DNA from: the human T2T-CHM13v2.0 reference genome, Homo sapiens | NCBI RefSeq assembly: GCF_009914755.1 | Contig: NC_060930.1 | DNA length: 64,000 nucleotides | Strand: one strand, 5' to 3' | Shown here: positions 41,188 to 54,751 of the stretch, in pieces | Layout: each line of letters begins with the position of its first letter | How positions within the stretch are numbered: the first letter of the stretch is position 1 | Position numbers and translations under genes: made by a program | Notes under the pieces: generated by a model | The model's input: the letters and a program-made list of their open reading frames with translations, nothing else | What the model was told of the DNA's origin: nothing | Database searches by the model: none

Positions 41188-43275
41188 AGGTAGGCAGAAT
41201 TCTAAGATGGCCCCTGTGATCTTCACTCTCTGATGCTGTGTTCTCTATAATCCCCTCCTTTTGATTGTGAGTGGTACCTGTGACTTTTGTAAAACCGATG
41301 GAATACGGTCATGATGATAGAATGTCATTCTTATGATTAGGTTATGATATACAGTCATTCCTTGATTTGCAAAGTTTTCTTATGCAAAAATTTCAGTTAC
41401 CATAGTTTAGGTAAATAATACCAGACCCCAACTACATGATCCAAATTCAGTTACTGCAGTATCTTAACTGTAATTGAAAATATACAAACTTTGCTACCTT
41501 TTCAGACTATATATCACTATGTAAATAACAGATGCATATATGATCAGTGACGAATCATGTCACTTCTGTCAAAGTCTGTTGGTAAGTGTTCATTACATAA
41601 CATAATCCAGTCATTTCATGCAGAGACAGAAAAGCCTATAGTTGTGTTGTCTCCTTGTCCTGTGATAAGCAACATACCATTTTACAGGAATGGACAATTG
41701 ATAGAGGGATTTGACTACCAAAGATGAAAGTACAGCAAATAAATGACAAGTGAAAATACCGGGAGTGAAATTGGATTAGATTAGATTTGAATGTTGAGAT
41801 GACAAGGCAACCATAGGACAAGACCAATATTTTCATGAAGCTACTTTTTTTTCAATGATATTGAAAAAGTAAAATGAATATTAAAAAACAAGGCAAAGTT
41901 ATTTCAACATCATCTGTTAAAATTGTATAAGGAATTGAGCATTTATTTCACCTTTGGGTTGAATATTACGACAGAAACAATCCCAATCAGTTTGTCTAGT
42001 ATTCAAGACAAAGTTTTGAAGTTTGAAGTCATTGAAAAAAAAAGCTAATTACTGAGGCTGAAGAAGTAAATTTATTGCCAATAAAGGTGGTTTAATTGTT
42101 TCAGAAGTTGCATAAATTGATTAATTTTAGTCTATCTGGTGAAGCAGCTGGAGCCAATAAGGATGCAGCTGTGAAATTTGCACCCATATCCCAAGGATTG
42201 ATTAAGGTTGATGTAATGATTGTGAAATATTTAATGCTGATGAGAGGAGTCGGTTTTGGAAGGAAATCTCATTAAAACTTCCATGAAAAAAGACGCAGAG
42301 TTTCTAAGTGGCCATGAAGGAGAAAATATAGACATGCACCCTGAAGAACTTAGTGAAGACAAATGTATTGATATAAATGAGAAAAGCGGTTGTGATTTAA
42401 AAAAGGAGGGGGGAGGAAGGTTCAGAGGAAGTAATAGTGGGAAAACACTTCACATTAAAGGAACTCTTGGAGACATCTAGTATTTAACTTGGAAAGCATA
42501 AAACATTAGAAGTTGACTTAAACTTTAAAAGAACTATACAAAGTCATTGACTTGGTATACCAAAATTATACCAAGGTATAGACAATATGCTATTTCACTT
42601 GAATGTGATGAAAAGAGGAAGACAAGCACTATTCAATCTACTCTTGGTAAGTTATATTTTTAAACAAAGAAATAAAGCACTTCAATTCCTAATGTTTCCA
42701 GAGTTTGAAATTACAATTTTAAATGTATTTCATTTTTTATTTTTTAATTTTTCAATTTAGAGTAAGAGTTTTTAAAGTTTTGACAAAAAAATTTTAAAGT
42801 TCACAGAACAATCATAAGGAAATTATAATTTTTCATCAATTGTTAAGATGCTTCACCTAGTTTCAGTTTGCATAATAATTTTTGAATTCCCATTATACCC
42901 TTCAAATAGCGACTGCATGTGTATATAAAACTCAGTCTTACTTGCATGTACACCTGAGGACACTCATGCTGGTTTTGAAGAATCGAGCTGCTAAGTTATG
43001 GACTGCCAATGGAGAAGGCCACATGAAAGGGAACTGTGAGCCTCAACTCTACTGCAAGGAACTGAATTCTGCCAACAACTAAGTTAGCATGAAAGTAAAC
43101 CCAAGCTCCAAATGAGACCACAACCCCAACAGACACCTTGGCTGCAGCCTGTCACACCCCAAATTGAACAGCCAGGTTAGCTATGGCTGTAAAGTTGACC
43201 CATGGACATGGTGAGATAATAAATATGTATTGTTTTATGCTAGATTTATCTTAGCATGTTGTTTTAAGCTAGATA
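41188..43275 (+). mobile_element. MLT1E-like LTR interrupted by Tigger6
   Basis: ggtaggcagaattctaagatggccc...gattaggttat | aaggaactgaattctgccaacaac...gtgagataataaatatgtattgtttt. Confidence 0.75.
41352..42919 (+). mobile_element. Tigger6 (Tigger6a/b-like) DNA transposon with transposase remnant
   Basis: TIR-like ends cagtcattccttg / gcgactgcatg; pogo-family motifs LSGEAAGANKDAA and IFNADE (42227-42244). Confidence 0.8.
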
Positions 43276-43894
43276 TCTTAAATGCGTGTTTATTGAACTA
43301 GATTTATCTTTATCCAAATGAATAGATTCAAAAACATGGTGATGAATAAAATCAAATACCAAACGAAACATGTTATGTTATTTATGTAAATACAAAGAAA
43401 AGTCTCAAAATGCTGTGTACTGGCTATGAGCGTACATGCACATATAAAGGTTAAAAAAATGAACTAGAAGGATTACACTGCATTCCAAATAATGGTTGTT
43501 TCTTGGGGTTTGGAATGGGGTGTGGGAATCGAACCTGTAGTATAGAACAGTAGGGATTTAAACTTGAACTGGAATTTATTTTTCTTTAAGAAAAAGGAGT
43601 ACAAAATGTAAATAACTGTAAGTTTAAAATGTCAGGTTCACAATGTTTATTATTTGTAATTTTGTAGATTTTTAATTGCTTAAAAAAGAATGACTATAAA
43701 TTCTAATACCTGGCATGCACTGAAACCCTAATTTCTACCTGGTCATGAAAGGAGATGCTGAGGAGTCAGGAAGGAAAATATTCAAAACGTTTCATTGAAG
43801 GTGGAAGAAATTAACTGTTGGGTTCTAGAGAATAAGAACAAGATTGAATAGATTTTCCCTTTCTGCTCTTAAATGGTTGCTGTCTGATTTTCAG

Positions 43895-44002
43895 GAGAAA
43901 CTTTCTTTCTTCTAATGATGTGCACTTACTCATAGACAAAAGCCAGATTCAGCTGGCCTCCCTAGGGAGGAAGCTCAAAAGCGCTTCAGTGTATCTCACC
44001 AG
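43895..44002 (+). other. Candidate 108-nt exon (probably lncRNA or cryptic)
   Basis: tgtctgattttcag| ... caccag|gtaagt (consensus donor) in non-repeat DNA. Confidence 0.3.
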
Positions 44003-44019
44003 GTAAGTTGCTGATGATC

Positions 44020-44177
44020 TATTTCAGAATCACCCGGAGTGCTTGTTAATGATACAGATGCTTATGCCCACAGTGCATTCCCTGAGTCAGAATTTTGGGG
44101 GATTGTGGCCAGGAATTTTCATTTTTGTAAGCTCTCTGGGTAATTCTAATGCATTCTCATTTTTAAAGCAATTGTTA
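44020..44177. mobile_element. MER5-type hAT MITE
   Basis: tcagaatcacccggagtgcttgttaa...tgagtcagaat...ccaggaatttt catttt...ggtaattctaatgca. Confidence 0.7.
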
Positions 44178-44237
44178 CCATTTCAATAGTAAAATAGAGC
44201 TCATAAAATAATAAAGTATTTGCAGATGTTAATAAGC

Positions 44238-44440
44238 ACATATATATACTTATATATAATATAATGTGTATATGTATACCATATATATGGTATATATATA
44301 CATACACTATATATACACTTATATATAATATAAGGTATATATATACACACCATAGATATTATCTACACATAATTAATATAAATGTAAATATGGTATATAA
44401 ATATAAATATATTATTTACACATCAATTACACATATTATG

Positions 44441-44472
<32 letters not shown>
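44238..44472. repeat. TA-rich low-complexity tract ending in (CA)n
   Basis: Direct reading. Confidence 0.85.
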
Positions 44473-44474
<2 letters not shown>

Positions 44475-44659
44475 TGACATTTTATTTAAAATAAATCATT
44501 AAGGGAGATGAATGTGTGGCAATTATGGTGCCATCATGAAAAATGTCTAATTTTCCTTTTGTTTGATAGCTTCCATTCCCATTCTTGTGAAAGGCATGAG
44601 AGTAAGGTTCAGAATGAATGAAAAACTCCCCCCTCCCCTGCTCTTTCAATCCTTCTTTG

Positions 44660-45510
44660 TACTTTTAATTTTAAAAAGCATAAAAATAAATAGAGAAGTT
44701 GGAAGAAACTCTATGAACTTTCTTATTCTCTTCACCCATATTCACCAATTCTTAGCTTTTTAACATTAACTGTGTGCATGTGTGTATAAATGTTTTGCAC
44801 TGAACAATTTTATAGTGAATTGAAGACATTATGAACACTTATTCCTAAATATTACAGTATGTGTATTTCCTAAAATATGATATTATTTTATATACAGTGC
44901 AATTATAAAATAAAGGACTTTAATATTGATTAAAGTACTATTATTTATTATACCATTCATATTCAAATGTTGCCAGTTGCCCTCAATAAAGTCTTCCACA
45001 AGTTTTATTTTCTAATATAGTCTTCATGTCTCTTTACTCTCATTTCCTCATCTTTTGACATTCATGACATTGGTATTTCTTAAGAATACTAACCAGTGAT
45101 TTCATTGAATTTAATCTTATTTTTTTATTATTGTTGCCTCATGATTAAATACAAGTGATCATTTTGTTAGGAATACTGTCATTTTTATGTCATTTTCAGT
45201 ACATCGCATTAGGAGACACACGATGTCAGTTTATCCTATGATTCGGTAATGTTAACTCTGGTAATTTGGTAAAATATTGTTTGCCAGACTTCTCCACTGA
45301 AAAGTTTCTATTTTCCTTGTAATTAACCAATTAGTTGTGACATGTTGAGATTGTTAAGTATTATATTTCCCATTAAATATGTTTAGTTTTAGTATCCATT
45401 AAGTTTTTTCTGTAATCAGTTATTTCTATGATTGCAAAAGAGATTTTGTAACTATAATTTCTTTTACGTGGTATTTTCCTTGTCATATATTCATTTAGTA
45501 TCAGCATAGG
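44660..45510 (-). mobile_element. L1MC4/5-like 3' region (resumes at ~51600-51700 after the L1PA2)
   Basis: ctcttcacccatattcaccaatt, ctgaacaatttt...gaagacattatg, atgttaactctgg...ctccactgaaaag. Confidence 0.65.
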
Positions 45511-45781
45511 CAAGTAGGCTTTTTATTTTATTTATTATTATTTTTTTTTAGGTTATTTGTTCTTTTTTTTTTTCTTATTATACTTTAAGTTTTAGGGTAC
45601 ATGTGCACATTGTGCAGGTTAGTTACATATGTATACATGTGCCATGCTGGTGCGCGGCACCCACTAAATCATCATCTAGCATTAGGTATATCTCCCAGTG
45701 CTATCCCTCCCCCCTCTCCCCACCCCACCACAGTCCCCAGAGTGTGATATTCCCCTTCCTGTATCCATGTGATCTCATTGT

Positions 45782-49598
<3,817 letters not shown>

Positions 49599-49661
49599 TA
49601 TGATGTTAGCTGGTGATTTTGCTTGTTAGTTGATGCAGTTTCTTCCTAGTCTCGATGGTCT

Positions 49662-50678
49662 TTACATTTTGGCTTGGTTTTGCAGCGGCTGGTACCGGTT
49701 GTTCCTTTCCATGTTTAGCGCTTCCTTCAGGAGCTCTTTTATGGCAGGCCTGGAGGTGACAAAATCTCTCAGCATTTGCTTGTCTGTAAAGTATTTTATT
49801 TCTCCTTCACTTATGAAGCTTAGTTTGGCTGGATATGAAATTCTGGTTTGAAAATTCTTTTCTTTAAGAATGTTGAATATTGGCCCCCACTCTCTTCTGG
49901 CTTGTAGGGTTTCTGCCGAGAGATCCGCTGTTAGTCTGATGGGCTTCCCTTTGAGGGTAACCCGACCTTTCTCTCTGGCTGCCCTTAACATTTTTTCCTT
50001 CATTTCAACTTTGGTGAATCTGACAATTATGTGTCTTGGAGTTGCTCTTCTCGAGGAGTATCTTTGTGGCGTTCTCTGTATTTCCTGAATCTGAACGTTG
50101 GCCTGCCTTGCTAGATTGGGGAAGTTCTCCTGGATAATATCCTGCAGAGTGTTTTCCAACTTGGTTCCATTCTCCCCATCACTTTCAGGTACACCAATCA
50201 GACGTAGATTTGGTCTTTTCACATAGTCCCATATTTCGTGGAGGCTTTGCTCATTTCTTTTTATTCTTTTTTCTCTAAACTTCCCTTCTCGCTTCATTTC
50301 ATTCATTTCATCTTCCATCGCTGATACCCTTTCTTCCAGTTGATCGCATCAGCTCCTGAGGCTTCTGCATTCTTCACGTAGTTCTCGAGCCTTGGTTTTC
50401 AGCTCCATCAGCTCCTTTAAGCACTTCTCTGTATTGGTTATTCTAGTTACACATTCTTCTAAATTTTTTTCAAAGTTTTCAACTTCTTTGCCTTTGGTTT
50501 GAATGTCCTCCCATAGCTCAGAGTAATTTGATCGTCTGAAGCCTTCTTCTCTCAGCTCGTCAAAGTCATTCTCCATCCAGCTTTGTTCCGTTGCTGGTGA
50601 GGAACTGCGTTCCTTTGGAGGAGGAGAGGCGCTCTGCGTTTTAGAGTTTCCAGTTTTTCTGTTCTGTTTTTTCCCCAA
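49662..50678 (-). pseudogene. ORF1: L1 ORF1p, start codon ATG>TTG and premature TGA at 50349-50351
   Basis: (M)GKKQNRKTGNSK...CRSLRS* then MEDEMNEMKREGKFREKR...QNQAKM. Confidence 0.95.
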
Positions 50679-51585
50679 CTTTGTGGTTTTATCTACTTTT
50701 GGTCTTTGATGATGGTGATGTACAGATGGGTTTTCAGTGTGGATGTCCTTTCTGTTTGTTAGTTTTCCTTCTAACAGACAGTACCCTCAGCTGCAGGTCT
50801 GTTGGAATATCCTGCCGTGTGAGGTGTCAGTGTGCCCCTGCTGGGGGGTGCCTCCCAGTTAGGCTGCTCGGGGGTCAGGGGTCAGGGACCCACTTGAGGA
50901 GGCAGTCTGCCCATTCTCAGATCTCCAGCTGCGTGCTGGGAGAACCACTGCTCTCTTCAAAGCTGTCAGACAGGGACATTTAAGTCTGCAGAGGTTACTG
51001 CTGTCTTTTTGTTTGTCTGTGCCCTGCCCCCAGAGGTGGAGGCTGCAGAGGCAGGCAGGCCTCCTTGAGCTGTGGTGGGCTCCACCCAGTTCGAGCTTCC
51101 CGGCTGCTTTGTTTACCTAAGCAAGCCTGGGCAATGGCGGGCGCCCCTCCCCCAGCCTCGCTGCCGCCCTGCAGCTGGATCTCAGACTGCTGTGCTAGCA
51201 ATCAGCGAGACTCCGTGGGCGTAGGACCCTCCGAGCCAGTTGCAGGATACAATCTCGTGGTGCACCGTTCCCTAAGCAGTTCGGAAAAGCGTAATATTTG
51301 GGTGGGAGTGATCCGATTTTCCAGGTGCGTCCGTCACCCCTCTCATTGACTCGGAAAGGGAACTCCCCAACCCCTTGCGCTTCCCAAGTGAGGCAATGCC
51401 TCGCCCCGCTTCGGCTCGCGCACAGTGCGCGCACCCACCGATCTGCGCCCGCCGTCTGGCACTCCCCAGTGAGATGAACCCGGCACCTCAGAGGGAAATG
51501 CAGAAATCACCCGTCCTCTGCGTCACTCACGCCGGGAGCTGCAGACTGGAGCCGTTCCCATTCGGCCATCTTGGCTCCTCCCCCC
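50679..51585. promoter_or_regulatory. L1 5'UTR: internal sense promoter, antisense promoter, CpG-rich; YY1 site intact
   Basis: ggccatcttg (RC CAAGATGGCC) at 51564-51573; dense CpG in 51080-51570. Confidence 0.85.
51134..51349 (+). CDS. ORF0: L1 antisense ORF0, open 71-codon frame
   Basis: MAGAPPPASLPPCSWISDCCASNQRDSVGVGPSEPVAGYNLVVHRSLSSSEKRNIWVGVIRFSRCVRHPSH*; expression unknown. Confidence 0.65.
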   Translation: MAGAPPPASLPPCSWISDCCASNQRDSVGVGPSEPVAGYNLVVHRSLSSSEKRNIWVGVIRFSRCVRHPSH

Positions 51586-54500
51586 AGGTTATTTCGGCTT
51601 TTTATTTTTAATATGAAATTAATTACCATATTTATTTTGATGCTTACATTGATCAAGATTTAGCCATTAGAACCCTCTTTATATTTTTGACATAATCCAT
51701 TCCCTAATACTAAAGAGCAAATTGAAGATAATGCAATTGAGTGAATGAGTCAGTCCTTTATATTATTCAAGCCATAATCCAATTCATAAGTGAATAAACA
51801 GCAACTGTCTTTGTATTGCAAATTGTGTCTCTACGGAGACTTTTAGACGTACCTCTAAAAGTTACTCAAAGACCACCCAACCTTCTCATCAACCACAGGA
51901 CCTTCCCTATTTGGCCTCTATAATTGTGCAGATATTATTAAAAATTTAGACAATGAAAACTGAACTGCTTTGCTCTTAAGAAAAAGAAGAAAAAGAATTT
52001 TGAAGAGAGCTATACTGTCAAAAAGTTAGCTTAATAAAAGCTAACATTGAGACTACATATTTACAAACTTCCTTGTTCTTTCTTTGATCCTATTCTTCTC
52101 ATAGGAACTTCTTGGTCTACTGAACCCCTTTTCTCAAATCCCTACTAACTGAACTTCACTGGCCTTTTGGGGAAAGTTAAGATCTCCCCCAAATCACTCC
52201 TCTAAGACCTGCTCATCCATATACTTCTGCCCTTCCTTCCTTTTGCTACCTTTGATCTTGCAACTAGCTCTCTCGAAATGCTCCCCCTCAAGCTACTACT
52301 TTCTCCATTTGATGCAATAAGAGGAAAAATCAGAGTTCTGGAGACAATATAAAAACACCTAAAGGAGACTTCTAGCACTCTTGAAATCCTTAGAGAAACA
52401 AAAAAGGTGCACCACTGTTTCCTTTATGTTGTTCTTGTCTTCCTCACAAAGTCACAAGAGTTGCGGTTGGGATCCCCACAAGTTTGAAACTCTGCTTTCT
52501 TTTTGCACTGAGCTCCCTGGTCACTTTGACTTTTGGGGATATCAAGGGTTATTTTATACTGTGAGACAACACCTGACATTTGGGTATATGGTTACTGATG
52601 AGATACTAGCAACAGCTGCAACTTTAACGGTAACTGGCAATAATTACAGTAAATGGTTATTTGTAGGGGGCAAACTCCAACTTTTATCCTCTTTGCCTCT
52701 TTGCATGCTTAGGTAGACACACACACAAAACAAAACAAAACAAAAGCAAATCTCAAGTGTCTGACATTCAGCCAGCCAGTTATTTTGCACAGGCTTCTGA
52801 ATATTCTTTTAGGCTCGTTTGTATACTTTCTTGTAAAATTCTGTAGTAAATTCTCTTGATTTTATTGTGCCTTAGCAACTGCTGTAGATCTCACTCTGTG
52901 TCTTACCTAGCTTACAGACTCCAAACTCCTCTTGAAAGAATTTGCAATCTTTCTCTGTGCCTTCAAGATATAAATTTCCTACCCATCTCTAGAACTCAGT
53001 AGGTGGCTTTAGCCATATGAGAGATTAACTTATTTCATTTACAGTGGCACAGTTTAGATCCAACTGTTTAAACTAGTTAGTTTTTGTACCTGTCTCAAGG
53101 CTAATGTTTTTGAAAAGCTGAAAGATCTCTGTTTGTTTCTGTTTGTATTTTTGTATGTGCATGTGTACAGGTGTGTTTGGCATGTTGTGTCTACATGGAT
53201 GTTTGTTTCTTTCATGTGTTTGTATATTGTCCACATGGTACCAAATTCACTTAAGAATAAATGAACATTCATAAATTAAATAAGTACAAATTCTTTTCAA
53301 GGTCATGTGACTTTGGTAATCCTTGGTAAATAAGAATAACATTGATTTAATTAAAACAGGCATGTCTGTCAACATTAAATCTAATGCAGATACAGAGCTT
53401 TTATCTCTAGAGGATGTTTAAGATCAAACTTATAAAAGCATGAATTTGACCTAAGAAGAAATGAATTAAATATATTAAGTGGGAGTACTTACACATAATT
53501 TTTAAATAACAATTATTATTTATAATATGTTTAATTTAAAATTTTCTCAAATTTCTTTGACATCTATACCTTTAGAGATTTGTTAAGTTAACTTACATAT
53601 ATTTATAAAATTTCTAGACAATTTCCAAATAAAATAAAATATCGAAACATCAGTTACAGACCGTGAGGTTTGTTTTTTACTTTCAGTTTCATATTGCAAA
53701 CAAACATAATATATTTGAATTTATTATGTTTGAATATTATTCAAACAATATATTTGAATCTTTCCTGTTCTACATTTAAAAAATTGAATTTTTTTAAATT
53801 ATAAAATATGTATTCATAAAATGTGATTATATGACACAATTAAAAACTGCTTACTTCCTAGGATTTCACTAAAAATTAAGGCTACTAAGAGTTAAAATTC
53901 TAGTGAATATACATAATTATAATTACTAAAAATAAGGGAAACAATTCTGCATACCAAGTATACAAGAAAAGCAAGATGTGTTTTTGGTGAGGAAACATAA
54001 AAAAGGAATAGAAGATATGTATTTTTATTGAGACAAAATAACTTTGTCTAGTCTAAAGTGTATTCAAAGATTGTTTCAGAATAAATAAATGGAGAAAGAA
54101 ATGTTATAGATAAAAATAAATGGATATAAAAAGTTAGAAAGAGGAAGCAGTGCAAAAAAGAATCTTATCTGGTTAAACTGATTAAAGCTACATGAATTTA
54201 TTATAAGTTTTAAAAAGTGAACCTTAATAGAAAAAGTACATTGATATAAAACTAGGATTTTCTCTTCTCCTTTACACAGATTTTAATGTAGTATTAATAA
54301 AAGATAAAAATATTTTGTTATGTTTTGTGTGAGTATTTTTAAAAAGAAGAGAGAGAGATTCTGTATGCCTCATGATGTTATTAGTGATATTGATTAAATG
54401 AATACTATTTTGTAATAACCTGTGACCTATTTTTGATAAAGGATTTTGAACCTTTATTTTTTTACAAATTTTGCAAAATCAGAATTAAGTTATTTTCTTT

Positions 54501-54751
54501 TTTTTTTTTTTCACCTTGAGCTAAATTTTAGACATTCCAGAAGGGCCCCAGGAAATACAAAAGAGACATATTAAACTACTTGACTTATTTAGTATCTTAA
54601 AATTATATAATAATATTGTCAAATAAGAAATTATATTTAACTGAGTTATATTTGTATGAATACGTTATTAATGTGTTCCAAAATTATATGAGATTTCTAG
54701 AAATCCGGTATGTCTTGACGTAATACTATCATTTATAATCTTTGGTTATTA

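Larger units (their letters stand above)
40850..43687 (+). mobile_element. Old L1ME 3' region split by MLT1E/Tigger6 (pieces ~40850-41187 and ~43310-43687)
   Basis: aaaaatgcaattttaaac...ggtaggagtgcaaatg and L1ME4-type 3'UTR (ataatggttgtttcttgggg...tttattatt). Confidence 0.55.

Noticed and set aside
42256-42480. 74-aa acidic ORF as a domesticated transposase
   Set aside because: Lies in a decayed Tigger6 with frameshifts and an internal deletion; non-ATG start.
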